Position numbers and translations under genes: made by a program. The notes beneath the pieces are model-generated. The model worked only from the letters and a program-made list of their open reading frames with translations. It had not been told where the DNA came from and did not search any database. DNA of 64,000 nucleotides from Minisyncoccota bacterium (GTDB lineage Bacteria > Patescibacteriota > Minisyncoccia > UBA6257), in assembly GCA_028694995.1 (NCBI GenBank), contig JAQVJU010000002.1, forward strand, positions 2,046-66,045, written 5' to 3'. This document shows positions 15,889-26,451 of this stretch, piece after piece; the stretch's first letter is position 1, and the number at the start of each line of letters is the position of its first letter.

Positions 15889-16879
15889 ATTAACAGAACA
15901 GGAAAAGAGAATTTTAGAAAAATATCCTGATTTTTTAGAATTAATTGATTTTACTCAAGAGAAATTAAGTTTGGAAAATGTTAATCAATATGTGGATTAT
16001 GAAGTGGTTTCTGTTTTTATTGGATCTCAATTATCTCAAGAAGTTTTAAAACAATTAAAGAATTTGAAATTAATTGCCACTCGCTCTACTGGTTTTGACC
16101 ATATTGATTTGAATTATTGCAAAGATAATAATATTTTAATATCTAATGTGCCAGATTATGGAGAGCATACAGTGGCAGAATATACATTTGCTTTATTATT
16201 ATGCTTAATAAGAAAAGTTTACAATGCTTATCATCAAGTTAGGGAAACAGGTAGTTTTTCCTTAGAAGGATTACAAGGCAGAGAATTGTATGGAAAAGTT
16301 TTAGGAGTGATTGGGGTTGGTAAAATTGGCAGGGAAGTAATTAAAATAGCTAAAGGATTTTCAATGAAGGTAATTGCTTATGATAAATATCCTCAAGAAG
16401 AATTAGCCAAACAATTAGGATTTGAATATGTGGATTTGGAAAATCTTTTATCTGTTTCTGATGTGATTAGTTTGCATGTTCCTCATAATAAAGAAACTCA
16501 TCATTTAATAAATAAGGATAATATATTCAAAACAAAACCCGGTTGTTATATCATTAACACAGCTCGGGGAGGAATAATAGAAACCCAGGCGCTTTATGAG
16601 GCAATAAAGAATAATCATCTTGGTGGCGCTGCTTTGGATGTTTTAGAAGAAGAAGGGGATTTAAAAGAAGAGCAGAGAATGCTTATGGAAAAACAAGATA
16701 TTCCTTCTGAAAAATTAAAAATCCTTTTAGCTAATCATGTGTTTATAGATTTAGATAATGTGATTGTTTCGCCTCATAATGCTTTTAATACTCAGGAAGC
16801 TTTGGCGAATATTGTGATAAAAACAATAGAGAATATTAAACAATTCCAAATATCAAAACCTATTAATTTAATAAATTAA
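15866..16879 (+). CDS. D-2-hydroxyacid (D-lactate-type) dehydrogenase
   Basis: RSTGFDHID, GVGKIG, INTARG, LDVLE, SPHNAF. Confidence 0.9.
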   Translation: MKKIIFFELTEQEKRILEKYPDFLELIDFTQEKLSLENVNQYVDYEVVSVFIGSQLSQEVLKQLKNLKLIATRSTGFDHIDLNYCKDNNILISNVPDYGEHTVAEYTFALLLCLIRKVYNAYHQVRETGSFSLEGLQGRELYGKVLGVIGVGKIGREVIKIAKGFSMKVIAYDKYPQEELAKQLGFEYVDLENLLSVSDVISLHVPHNKETHHLINKDNIFKTKPGCYIINTARGGIIETQALYEAIKNNHLGGAALDVLEEEGDLKEEQRMLMEKQDIPSEKLKILLANHVFIDLDNVIVSPHNAFNTQEALANIVIKTIENIKQFQISKPINLIN

Positions 16880-16883
16880 AAAC

Positions 16884-17246
16884 ATGTTAAAAGATGATTG
16901 TGTTTTTTGTAAGATAATAAAAGGGGAAATACCTTCAGAGAAATATTATGAAGATGATGATTTTTTAGCTATTTTTGATATTCATCCAATTGCTAAAGGT
17001 CATCTTGTATTGTTTTCCAAGAATCATACGGCTAATGTTGGAGAAATGCCTGAACAAGAATGGCAGAAGATTTGTTCTTTAGCTAGAGAATTAGCAGAAA
17101 AACATATGAAAGAATTAAAGGCTGATGGTTATAACTTAATGATTAATCAAGGAGAAGCAGCACAATCTGAAGTTGCTCATCGGCCACATATTCATATTGT
17201 GCCTCGTTATTTTAATGATGGTATTAAAGTAGATCCTAGAGGATAA
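16884..17246 (+). CDS. HIT family nucleotide hydrolase
   Basis: DCVFCKII and HIHIVPR. Confidence 0.9.
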   Translation: MLKDDCVFCKIIKGEIPSEKYYEDDDFLAIFDIHPIAKGHLVLFSKNHTANVGEMPEQEWQKICSLARELAEKHMKELKADGYNLMINQGEAAQSEVAHRPHIHIVPRYFNDGIKVDPRG

Positions 17247-18067
17247 TGAAGAATAAGATTGTTGTTTTAGATTTTGATGGAACCTTAACTCAGGTTAAAG
17301 AAGAAGCTAAACCATTTTTAAAAAGTTTTAAGAAGGATTATGCTAATTTTCTAAGTAAAGATAATTTAGATAAAGAATGGGAAGAGATAGAAAAGGAAAT
17401 TCTGAAAAATCCTGAACAATATGGTTGGAAAGATAAGGGATTGATTATTGCTCCAGCTAAAGTTGATGACTATATTTTAGCCTCAGTTGTTGCCCAAGTT
17501 CTTTTAGATAAATATGATGTATTTAAAAAAGACAAAGAAAGAGATGAAATTGTTCATCAGATTTTCCGTCAGAATTATTTAAAGAGTAAAATTTGTTTTA
17601 AAAAAGAGGCTAAAGAAGTTTTAGAAAAATTAATTAAAAAATTACCAGTTTTTATAGTAACTAATTCAAGGCCAGATGCGGTTTTGAATAAAATACAGGT
17701 ATTAAATCCTTTAGGTAAAGAAAAATTGAAAATCTTTGGTGATGCACAAAAAAATTGGCTTGATGCCAATTTTGATTTAGTGCCTGAGTTTATAAAAATA
17801 CAAGGTTTGGAAAGAAAGATTTATTTAAGGAGAAAACGATATTATGATGTTTTAAATCAAATCTGGGAACAATCATCTGTGAAACCAGAACAATGTTTGA
17901 TAGTGGGTGATGTTTTTGAATTGGATTTGGTTTTGCCCGCTAAACTTGGTTGTAATATTTTCTTAATTACTAATTCTCAAACACCTGATTATGAAAAACA
18001 AGCGGTAAAGGATTTATTCAAAGGCTGTGTTAGTGAGAATATTAGAGATATTTTAAAAGTAATTTAA
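17246..18067 (+). CDS. HAD-superfamily hydrolase
   Basis: DFDGTL, VTNS, VGDVFELD. Confidence 0.8.
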   Translation: MKNKIVVLDFDGTLTQVKEEAKPFLKSFKKDYANFLSKDNLDKEWEEIEKEILKNPEQYGWKDKGLIIAPAKVDDYILASVVAQVLLDKYDVFKKDKERDEIVHQIFRQNYLKSKICFKKEAKEVLEKLIKKLPVFIVTNSRPDAVLNKIQVLNPLGKEKLKIFGDAQKNWLDANFDLVPEFIKIQGLERKIYLRRKRYYDVLNQIWEQSSVKPEQCLIVGDVFELDLVLPAKLGCNIFLITNSQTPDYEKQAVKDLFKGCVSENIRDILKVI

Positions 18068-18069
18068 GG

Positions 18070-18630
18070 TTATTTAGCTCTTTCCACATATTGGCCAGTT
18101 TCTGTATTGATAATGATTTTTTCACCTTCTTTGATAAAAAGAGGAGTGTTTATCTTTAATCCATTTTCTAAGGTTACAGTTTTAAGAGCGCCGCTAACTG
18201 TATTGCCTTTAATTGCTTCTGGAGCTTCTATAACCATTAATTCTATTTTAATAGGGATTTTTATAGAAACAGGCTCATCTTCTATAAAGATAATAGAAAC
18301 TTCTGTTTTTTCTTTTAAGAATTTAGTTAAATCTTGGACTTTTTCTAAATTAAAATTGATTCTTTCTTGAGAGTTTTTTACCTGAAAAACAGCTGATTTT
18401 CTATCAGAATAAAGATAAAGAGCTGTTTGATAATCAATGTCTATTTGTTCAAATTTATCTCCAGAACGGAAAGTTTTTTCTAATACTTTGCCTGTAAGAA
18501 AGTTTTTTAATTGAGTTCTCATGACCGCGCCTCCTTTACCAGGTTTATAAAATTCAAAATTGATAATTTGCCAAGGTTGGTTGTCAATTTTTAAAACCAT
18601 GCCTTTTTCAAAATCAGATGTAGAAATCAT
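18070..18630 (-). CDS. efp: Elongation factor P
   Basis: KPGKGGA and PLFIKEGE..INTETGQYVER. Confidence 0.95.
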   Translation of the reverse strand: MISTSDFEKGMVLKIDNQPWQIINFEFYKPGKGGAVMRTQLKNFLTGKVLEKTFRSGDKFEQIDIDYQTALYLYSDRKSAVFQVKNSQERINFNLEKVQDLTKFLKEKTEVSIIFIEDEPVSIKIPIKIELMVIEAPEAIKGNTVSGALKTVTLENGLKINTPLFIKEGEKIIINTETGQYVERAK

Positions 18631-18704
18631 ATTTTTTATTGATTTGTATTTTATTTAATGATATAGTATTATCTAATAGGGTTTTCGTCAAGTCTTTTTT
18701 TATT

Positions 18705-18777
18705 GCTCCCGTAGCTCAATTGGTAGAGCAACAGCCTTTTAAGCTGGCGGTTGCGCGTTCAAGTCGCGCCGGGGGCA
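18705..18777 (+). tRNA. tRNA-Lys(UUU)
   Basis: Cloverleaf: acceptor GCTCCCG/CGGGGGC, D-arm GCTC/GAGC, anticodon loop CT-TTT-AA, T-arm GCGCG-TTCAAGT-CGCGC, discriminator A. CCA is not encoded. Confidence 0.92.
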
Positions 18778-18788
18778 CAATTAAAAAA

Positions 18789-20084
18789 ATGAATTACAAA
18801 AGGATTTTAATTGTTTTTATTGTTTTTTTGGCGACTGTTTTAGCGTCAATTTTTATTTACCCTCAAGGGATAACTAGTTTAGGGATAAAATTGCCTAAAT
18901 TCTTTGATAAGGAATTTAGTTTTGGTTTGGATATTTCTGGAGGCACTTTATTAATTTATGAGGCAGATTTAAGCAATGTAGAGCCTGAAGATTATTCTTC
19001 AGCGATGACTGGATTAAGAGATGTGATTGAAAGAAGAATTAATTATTCAGGGGTTAAAGAACCACGAATAACAGCAAACAAGAGTGGAGAAGTTTGGCGT
19101 TTAACTGTTGAATTGGCTGGAATTAAAGATATTCAAGAAGCAATAAAGATGATCGGAGAAACTCCTTTTTTAGAATTTAGGGAATTACGTGAAGAAGAAG
19201 AAACCAAAGAACTGTTAGAAATGGAAGAAATGTCTGAAGATGTAGACCCTTATTTCAAACCAACTATTTTAACAGGAAAATATTTAAAAAGAGCAGAAGT
19301 TAATTTTGAATCAACCACTTCTTTGCCAGTTATTAATTTATCTTTTAATGATGAAGGGGCTGAGATTTTTGCTGAATTGACCAAAGAGAATATTGGTAAA
19401 CCATTGGCGATTTATTTAGATGGTTATCCAATTAGCATCCCTACAGTTCAGGAAGAAATTCCTTCTGGCATGGCTCAAATTTCTGGTCAGTTTACCTTAG
19501 CTGAAGCAAAAGAATTAGTTTTAAGATTAAATCAGGGGGCTTTGCCAGTGCCAATAAATTTAATATCTCAACAATCTGTTGGCGCTATCTTAGGCGACCA
19601 ATCTATGGAAAAAATTGTCCAGGCAGCTTTTTGGGGTTTTATTTTGGTGATTTTATTTATGATTGCTGTTTATCGTTTGCCAGGGTTATTAGCTTCTTTA
19701 TCTTTGATTATTTATGTTGTTTTGACTTTGAGTATATTTAAGTTTATTCCAGTGACTTTGACTTTGACTGGGATTACTGGATTTATTCTTTCTATTGGCA
19801 TGGCAGTAGATACTAATGTTTTGATTTTTGAACATGCTAAAGAGGAAATTAAAAAGAATAAACCTTTGAAAATTGCCATGGAAGATGGTTATCAAAAATC
19901 ATGGCCAGCTATTCGGGATTCTAATATTGCTACAATTATATCAGCAATTATTCTTTATTACTTTACTTCTAATATGATTAGGGGATTTGCACTTACTTTG
20001 GCTATTGGTGTGGGTACAGGATTGTTAACTGCAATTTTCATTACGAAGTTATTCTTAGGAGTGGTTTATAGTAAAAAAAGTTAA
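18789..20084 (+). CDS. secD: Protein translocase subunit SecD
   Basis: GLDISGG, IERRIN, GALPVP, IGMAVDTNVLIFE; start moved past the tRNA. Confidence 0.93.
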   Translation: MNYKRILIVFIVFLATVLASIFIYPQGITSLGIKLPKFFDKEFSFGLDISGGTLLIYEADLSNVEPEDYSSAMTGLRDVIERRINYSGVKEPRITANKSGEVWRLTVELAGIKDIQEAIKMIGETPFLEFRELREEEETKELLEMEEMSEDVDPYFKPTILTGKYLKRAEVNFESTTSLPVINLSFNDEGAEIFAELTKENIGKPLAIYLDGYPISIPTVQEEIPSGMAQISGQFTLAEAKELVLRLNQGALPVPINLISQQSVGAILGDQSMEKIVQAAFWGFILVILFMIAVYRLPGLLASLSLIIYVVLTLSIFKFIPVTLTLTGITGFILSIGMAVDTNVLIFEHAKEEIKKNKPLKIAMEDGYQKSWPAIRDSNIATIISAIILYYFTSNMIRGFALTLAIGVGTGLLTAIFITKLFLGVVYSKKS

Positions 20085-20100
20085 TTTTTAAAATATATTA

Positions 20101-20988
20101 ATGGATTTTATTCAAAAGAGAAAAATTTTCTATGGAATTTCAGGAATAATAATGATAATTTCATTATTGAGTTTTTTAATTTGGGGATTTAATTTTGGGA
20201 TAGATTTTACTGGGGGTTCATTATGGGAGTTAACTATGGAAAAAGACATTAACCAATCTATAGAAGAAATCTCAGATTATTTAGCAGAACAAGATTTAGG
20301 ACAAATTAATATTCAGACCACAGGGGAGAATAGTATAATTTTGCGTTTTTCAAATATTTCAGAAGAAAAACATATTGAGTTATTAAAAGACATAGAAGAA
20401 ATTCATCCTTTAATACAAGAAAAGAGATTTGAATCAATTGGTCCTTCTATTGGGGGAGAATTAAAGGTCAAATCTATTTGGGCAACTATTTTAGTATTTG
20501 CTGGGATTCTTTTATATCTCTGGTATGCTTTTCATCATTTTTCATCAGTGATTCCTTCTTATCGTTATGGTGTTCTAGCAGTATTAATGTTAATGCATGA
20601 TGCTTTTTTTATTGTTGGTTTGTTTACGGTTTTAGGAAAATTCCAAGGCTGGGAAGTGAATTCTGATTTCTTAGTGGCTTTGTTAGTGGTTATTGGTTAT
20701 TCAGTTCATGATACGATTGTTGTTTTTGATAGAATCAGAGAAAACTTAAAAACCAGAACAAAAGAACCATTAAAAGATATTGTTAATATAAGTATTCAAC
20801 AGACATTGATGAGATCTTTGAATACTTCTTTGACTACTATTTTTCCTTTGCTCTCTTTGTATTTTTTTGGACCTTTTTCTATTAAGATATTAGTAACAGC
20901 GATGATTGGTGGGGTGATTATTGGCACTTATTCTTCAGTGTTTTTAGCAGCTCCTTTGTTATATGATTGGTCTAAGAGTAAGAATTAA
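20101..20988 (+). CDS. secF: Protein translocase subunit SecF
   Basis: GIDFTGG and GYSVHDTIVVFDRIRE. Confidence 0.95.
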   Translation: MDFIQKRKIFYGISGIIMIISLLSFLIWGFNFGIDFTGGSLWELTMEKDINQSIEEISDYLAEQDLGQINIQTTGENSIILRFSNISEEKHIELLKDIEEIHPLIQEKRFESIGPSIGGELKVKSIWATILVFAGILLYLWYAFHHFSSVIPSYRYGVLAVLMLMHDAFFIVGLFTVLGKFQGWEVNSDFLVALLVVIGYSVHDTIVVFDRIRENLKTRTKEPLKDIVNISIQQTLMRSLNTSLTTIFPLLSLYFFGPFSIKILVTAMIGGVIIGTYSSVFLAAPLLYDWSKSKN

Positions 20989-21042
20989 AGCTATAATAGG
21001 GGTTGACTTGTAAGGTAATTTTTGCTTTAATTAAGTATATAT

Positions 21043-22167
21043 ATGAATATGAAAAAAGAAATTTTAAATAAACAAGCCCCACAATTGTTATCTTTCAAAA
21101 TTATAGAGGTTTTACCTGTTCGGACCCAGGCAATTGTTAAAAAGAGATTTGGCTTAGAAGATAATAAGCCGAAGACTCTAGAAGCAGTGGGTCAGGATTA
21201 TAAAGTTACTAGAGAAAGGGTAAGACAAATCATTGAAAGTGCTTTAAAGACTATTAAAAAACAGCCAATTTTAGAAACCATTGGCGGTTTTGTTAATATG
21301 GGCAAATCTTTATTAAAAGAAAGTGGAGGTTTGGAAGAAGAATCTGAGTTTTTGAGAAAGATAGAAAGGAAATTAATATCTGAAAAAGATGCAAAAATGG
21401 CAGGTAATTTATCTGCGATTAGGTTTTTATTAACTCTTGATCCAGGGTTTGTTTTTGAAGAAGAAGATAATTCTAATTATGGTTTTTGGCATTTGGCAGA
21501 ACTTTCTAAAGAAAAGATAGATAAGAATATGAAAGTGTTTGAGAAATATTTTAAAGATAAAAAAGAAGCGGTGGTCTTAGATGAGGTGTATTCTTGGGCA
21601 AAAAAGAATCTTAGTAATAAGATAAACAAAGAAGAATTACAAGCATATTTTAGAGTTTCTAAAGGAATTGGCATGAATCCATTTGGCGAATATGGTTTGT
21701 TTGATTGGGCAGAAATAGATCCCTCAGGAACCAGAGACCGCGCCTATATGGTTATGAAACATGCAGGTCAGCCAATGCATTTTTCTGAAATCACAGATTT
21801 GTTAAATGAAATTAACAAATCTCCAATCTATCCTCGATTAACTTCTAATTCTTGGCAAAAACAAGTTTGTATTCAAACAGTGCATAATGAATTAATCAGA
21901 GATTCAAGGTTTGTTTTGATTGGCAGGGGGATTTATGCATTAAAAGAAAAAGGATACAAGCCAGGAAAGATAATTGATGTGATTAAGGATGTTTTGCAAG
22001 AAGCAGGCAAGCCAATGAAGATAGAAGACATTATTAAAGAAGTGCAAAAAAGAAGAATTGCCAAAGACAATACCATTATTCTTAATTTGAATAACAAACA
22101 GTATTTTAAAAAATTACCAAATAAATATTACACTTTAATCAAGCCTTATAAAATACTTGAGGTTTAA
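21043..22167 (+). CDS. Sigma70 region-4 HTH plus winged-helix (RNAP delta/HARE-HTH-like) protein
   Basis: RFGL..KTLEAVGQDYKVTRERVRQI and TVHNELI.DSRFVLIGRGIYAL. Confidence 0.7.
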   Translation: MNMKKEILNKQAPQLLSFKIIEVLPVRTQAIVKKRFGLEDNKPKTLEAVGQDYKVTRERVRQIIESALKTIKKQPILETIGGFVNMGKSLLKESGGLEEESEFLRKIERKLISEKDAKMAGNLSAIRFLLTLDPGFVFEEEDNSNYGFWHLAELSKEKIDKNMKVFEKYFKDKKEAVVLDEVYSWAKKNLSNKINKEELQAYFRVSKGIGMNPFGEYGLFDWAEIDPSGTRDRAYMVMKHAGQPMHFSEITDLLNEINKSPIYPRLTSNSWQKQVCIQTVHNELIRDSRFVLIGRGIYALKEKGYKPGKIIDVIKDVLQEAGKPMKIEDIIKEVQKRRIAKDNTIILNLNNKQYFKKLPNKYYTLIKPYKILEV

Positions 22168-23390
22168 TGCCTTATTATATAAGAGAAGTTTTGTTTTTTA
22201 TTTTAGCGATTTTTCAAGATTTTTGGTGGTTGCTATTCCTTTTCCTTTTAGGAGGATTTTTTATTAATTTAAGAAAACAACATAAGGCAGAAGTTAAAAA
22301 AGAAAAAGAAGCTATTAAAGATTGGGCTGTTTTAGAAGTTAAGATTAATCGTGAGATTTTACAAACTCCAAAATCTATTGAGCAGGTTTTTAATAGCTTG
22401 AATGTTATTGAAAAGGGTTGTTTGTGTTTAGAGATTGTGGGTATTAACCGAGAAATGCATTTTATTATTCGGACACCACAAGAATACAAGAATTTGGTTA
22501 TTTCTCAATTTTATTCTCAATATCCAGAATTGGAAATAAAAGAAATTGAAGATTATTTTACAAGTGTGGCTCCTAATTTACCTAATAAGGATAATGATTT
22601 ATGGGGCATGGAAATTAATTTAAGTAAGGCTGATTGTTATCCAATTAAAACCTATTCTGCTTTTGAAGAAAAAAAAGAAGAAAAGAGAATAGATCCCATT
22701 GCTAGTTTAGCAGAAACTCTTGGGACTTTAGAAAGATCTGAATGGTGTATTTTTCAGATTTTACTTAGAACTTTATCTAAAGATGAAGAAAAGGAATTAA
22801 GCAATGAAGGGAAAAAAGAAATTAATAAGTTGTTAGGAAAAAAAGAAACAATAAAAATCACCTGGACAGATTGGGTTGCAGCTTTTTTCAGGAATCTTTT
22901 AGTAGGACTAGTAGAGCCACCAGTTTGGCCAGAAAAAGAAGAACAAAAAGAAAAATCTTCTTCAGAAATTTCCCTGTCAGATAGGGAAAAGATTCAGGCC
23001 ATAGAGAAAAAGATGGGTCAATTATCATTTAAGACTGGCATTAGAGTCCTTTATGTTTCTCCTCGTTCTGAATTTGAAGAATCCAAAGCCATAGGGTTTA
23101 TGGCTTATTTAAAACAATTTAATTCTAAAGATTTAAATGCTTTTGAAATTAACAAAGACACAACAACAAAATTAAAAACAAAGTTCTTTCAGGCAAGAAG
23201 GTTGTTTTTGAAAAAAAGAAAGTTTTATCAGACAGCTTTTCAAAGAAAACCAGAGAAAAAATCAATGATATTAACTACAGAAGAATTAGCAACAATTTAT
23301 CATTTTCCAGCTGTGACCATGAAGACGCCAACTTTAACCAGAGTATTAAGTAAAAAAAGCGAACCGCCAATAGGATTACCTACAGGATAA
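22167..23390 (+). CDS. Conserved membrane protein, partner of the downstream ATPase
   Basis: N-terminal TM; SQFYSQYPE, YPIKTY and EELATIYHFP blocks. Confidence 0.65.
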   Translation: MPYYIREVLFFILAIFQDFWWLLFLFLLGGFFINLRKQHKAEVKKEKEAIKDWAVLEVKINREILQTPKSIEQVFNSLNVIEKGCLCLEIVGINREMHFIIRTPQEYKNLVISQFYSQYPELEIKEIEDYFTSVAPNLPNKDNDLWGMEINLSKADCYPIKTYSAFEEKKEEKRIDPIASLAETLGTLERSEWCIFQILLRTLSKDEEKELSNEGKKEINKLLGKKETIKITWTDWVAAFFRNLLVGLVEPPVWPEKEEQKEKSSSEISLSDREKIQAIEKKMGQLSFKTGIRVLYVSPRSEFEESKAIGFMAYLKQFNSKDLNAFEINKDTTTKLKTKFFQARRLFLKKRKFYQTAFQRKPEKKSMILTTEELATIYHFPAVTMKTPTLTRVLSKKSEPPIGLPTG

Positions 23391-23412
23391 TAATTAAAAT
23401 TGGAATATATTT

Positions 23413-24960
23413 ATGGATTTAAACTATATCGGCATTACAAACTTTAGAGATGAATATCAAAGATTTGGAATTAAAACCGATGATCGGCGTCGGCATATGT
23501 ATTTTGTTGGTAAGAGTGGCACTGGGAAAACAACAATGATGGAGAATATGATTATTCAGGATATTAATAATGGCAAAGGAGTGGGAGTCATTGACCCTCA
23601 TGGTGAATTAGTAAACAGGATTTTGTATTTTATCCCGGAAAACAGAATTAAAGATGTGGTTTATTTTAATCCTGGGGACATTGAATGGCCCATTGCTTTT
23701 AATGTAATAGAACAAGTGCCCTTAGAGCATCGTCACTTAGTAGTGGCTGGTTTGATGGGCGTTTTTAAGAAAATCTGGCCTGATGTTTGGTCAGCAAGAA
23801 TGGAATACATTTTGAATAATACGCTTTTGGCCTTATTAGAATATCCAAATTCAACCTTATTAAGTATTAATCGACTATTATCAGATGAGGATTTTAGAAG
23901 AACAGTAATGGAAAAAGTAACAGATCCAATAGTAAAATCATTTTGGGAAAAGGAATTTGCTCGTTATCACGCTCGGTTTGCTGTAGAAGCTATTGCGCCA
24001 ATTCAGAATAAAGTTGGTCAGTTTATCTCTAATCCTTTAATTAGGAATATTATTGGTCAGAAAGAATCAAAAATTGATATTCGGGAGATAATGGATGAAG
24101 GGAAGATTCTTTTAGCTAATTTATCTAAAGGATTAGTGGGTGAAGATAATTCTAGTCTTTTAGGCGCTTTATTAATTACTAAAATACAATTAGCCGCAAT
24201 GAGTAGGGTAGAGGTGCCTGAAGAAGAAAGAAGGGATTTCTATCTATATGTGGATGAATTTCAGAATTTTTCCACAGAATCTTTTGCCACGATTTTTGCT
24301 GAGGCAAGAAAATATCGTTTGGATTTAATTTTAGCTCATCAATATATTGCTCAATTAAATGATAGTGTTAGAGATTCTATTTTTGGTAATATTGGTAGCT
24401 TAGTTGCTTTTAGATTAGGGCCTGAAGATGCAGAATTTTTAGAAAAATATTTTACGCCTGAATTTAATCAAGAAGATTTAATTAATCTTCCTAATTACAA
24501 TTTCTACATTAAGTTGATGATTGATGGTATTCTTTCAAAAAGTTTTTCAGCAATGAATATTCCACCATCTAGTTTGCCTCAAAAAGCATATGTTCAGGAA
24601 ATAATAGAACATTCAAGAGAATTATTTGCCGCAGTTCGTCATGAAGTTGAATCTAATATTGCTCGTTGGGAGCTTTTAGATTTTTCCCCAAGTAAAGAAA
24701 CATTTAAAGAAAGACCAAGAACAGGGATTAAAGAGGGTTGGGCAGCAGTTTGTTCTCAATGTGGAAAAAACATTATTGTTCCTTTTAGACCGAGTTCTTC
24801 AAGACCAGTTTATTGCGAAGATTGTTTTAAAGAAATTAGGAAAATTCAAAAAACTAGAACTCTATCAGATGATTTGGAAAAATCTCCCAGGACAAGAACA
24901 CAACCTAAAGGAGAAGAGATAAAAAATATTATCAAAAATATATTTGATAAAAATTCTTAA
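23413..24960 (+). CDS. VirD4/TraG/HerA-like P-loop ATPase with C-terminal CxxC-x17-CxxC zinc ribbon
   Basis: GKSGTGKT, IDPHGE, LYVDEFQNF, EARKY, AHQY; CSQC..VPFRP...RPVYCEDC. Confidence 0.85.
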   Translation: MDLNYIGITNFRDEYQRFGIKTDDRRRHMYFVGKSGTGKTTMMENMIIQDINNGKGVGVIDPHGELVNRILYFIPENRIKDVVYFNPGDIEWPIAFNVIEQVPLEHRHLVVAGLMGVFKKIWPDVWSARMEYILNNTLLALLEYPNSTLLSINRLLSDEDFRRTVMEKVTDPIVKSFWEKEFARYHARFAVEAIAPIQNKVGQFISNPLIRNIIGQKESKIDIREIMDEGKILLANLSKGLVGEDNSSLLGALLITKIQLAAMSRVEVPEEERRDFYLYVDEFQNFSTESFATIFAEARKYRLDLILAHQYIAQLNDSVRDSIFGNIGSLVAFRLGPEDAEFLEKYFTPEFNQEDLINLPNYNFYIKLMIDGILSKSFSAMNIPPSSLPQKAYVQEIIEHSRELFAAVRHEVESNIARWELLDFSPSKETFKERPRTGIKEGWAAVCSQCGKNIIVPFRPSSSRPVYCEDCFKEIRKIQKTRTLSDDLEKSPRTRTQPKGEEIKNIIKNIFDKNS

Positions 24961-24963
24961 TTT

Positions 24964-26061
24964 ATGAAAAAAAGAATTGTTATTATCTGCGGTGGGAAAA
25001 GTGGAGAACATGAAGTTTCTTTGCGCTCAGCCTATTATGTTTTTAATAATTTAGATAAGAAGAAATATGTGGTTTCAGTTTTAGCGATTGATAAAAATGG
25101 CAAATGGTTTTTCAGTTATCAATTTGAAGATTTGGTAAATACCCGAGGTCTTTTATGGAAATTAAAGAAAGATTTAGAAGAGGTAGCTCTTTTAAAAGCA
25201 AAGAATTATGGTCAAATATTCAGCTTAAAGAGGAAAAAAGAATTAGCTCAAGGCGATGTGTTTTTCCCAGTGATTCATGGCACTTTTGGAGAAGATGGAT
25301 GTTTGCAGGGCTTTTTAGAATTATTAGATATTCCATATGTTGGCGCTAATGTGATTGGTTCGGCAATAGGCATGAATAAGGAAATAACTAAGAAATTATT
25401 AAAAATTGAAAAAATTCCAATTACAGAATATGTAGTTATTAGGAAAAGTGATTCTGAAAAAGATAAGGCATTAAAAATTCAATCAGCGATAAAAAAATTC
25501 CATTATCCGCTTTTTATTAAACCAGTTTCTTTAGGTTCTTCAGTTGGCGTTTCAAAAGTTTTTTCAAAAAAAGAATTACAAAAGGGCATTGAAGATGCTT
25601 TTCAATATGATGATCAGGTGATGATTGAAAAATTCATTAAAGGCCGGGAGATTGAATGTTCGGTTTTGGGTAATGATAATCCCCAAGCTTCTTTGCCAGG
25701 AGAAATACAACCAAAGACATTTTATTCTTACAAAGCAAAATATCTGGATGATAATGAAGCAAAGTTATTAGTGCCAGCGCCTTTGAATAAGAAACAGATT
25801 TCTCAAATACAAGAATTAAGCATTAGAACATTTAAGGCATTGGAATTGCAAGGTATGGCGCGGATTGATTTTTTTCTAAAACCAAATGAACAATTAGTGG
25901 TTAATGAGGCTAATACAATTCCTGGATTTACTCAAATTAGCATGTATCCTAAGTTATGGCAGATAAGTGGATTGAGCTATTCAAGATTGCTTGATAAACT
26001 AATACAGTTGGCAATTGAAAATCACAAAGGCAAAAAGAGATTAAAAAGGAGTTATCAATAA
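24964..26061 (+). CDS. ddl: D-alanine--D-alanine ligase
   Basis: GGKSGEHEVS, HGTFGEDG, GSSVG, NTIPGFT. Confidence 0.95.
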   Translation: MKKRIVIICGGKSGEHEVSLRSAYYVFNNLDKKKYVVSVLAIDKNGKWFFSYQFEDLVNTRGLLWKLKKDLEEVALLKAKNYGQIFSLKRKKELAQGDVFFPVIHGTFGEDGCLQGFLELLDIPYVGANVIGSAIGMNKEITKKLLKIEKIPITEYVVIRKSDSEKDKALKIQSAIKKFHYPLFIKPVSLGSSVGVSKVFSKKELQKGIEDAFQYDDQVMIEKFIKGREIECSVLGNDNPQASLPGEIQPKTFYSYKAKYLDDNEAKLLVPAPLNKKQISQIQELSIRTFKALELQGMARIDFFLKPNEQLVVNEANTIPGFTQISMYPKLWQISGLSYSRLLDKLIQLAIENHKGKKRLKRSYQ

Positions 26062-26076
26062 AAATCAAAACATCAG

Positions 26077-26448
26077 ATGAAAATTTCTTTTAAGAGATTA
26101 GTTAAAAGTTTTTTTAATGCCTTTCAGGGCATAAAGCACGCCTGTTCTCAACAGAATTTTTTTTTAATGATTTTGTTGGCGATGGGCAGTATTTTATTAG
26201 GTTATGGGTTGCAAATATCTTATTATGAATGGTTGATTTTGATTGTGATTATTGGTTTGATTCTGAGTTTAGAAATGTTTAATACAGTCGCTGAAACAAC
26301 TTTGGATTTGATTGAACCAAATTTATCTCCTGAGGTTAAGAAAATTAAAGATGTAATAGCGGGCACAGTGTTGGTTGCATGTTGCATGGCGGTTATTGTT
26401 GGAGGGATAATTTTCATTCCAAAAATATTAATTATCTTTCATTTTTAA
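26077..26448 (+). CDS. dgkA: Diacylglycerol/undecaprenol kinase family protein
   Basis: SF..AFQG, LEMFNTVAE, IKDVIAG. Confidence 0.8.
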   Translation: MKISFKRLVKSFFNAFQGIKHACSQQNFFLMILLAMGSILLGYGLQISYYEWLILIVIIGLILSLEMFNTVAETTLDLIEPNLSPEVKKIKDVIAGTVLVACCMAVIVGGIIFIPKILIIFHF

Positions 26449-26451
26449 TTT

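Noticed and set aside
18639-18788. N-terminal extension of SecD in the ORF track
   Set aside because: It overlaps tRNA-Lys; the real start is ATG 18789.
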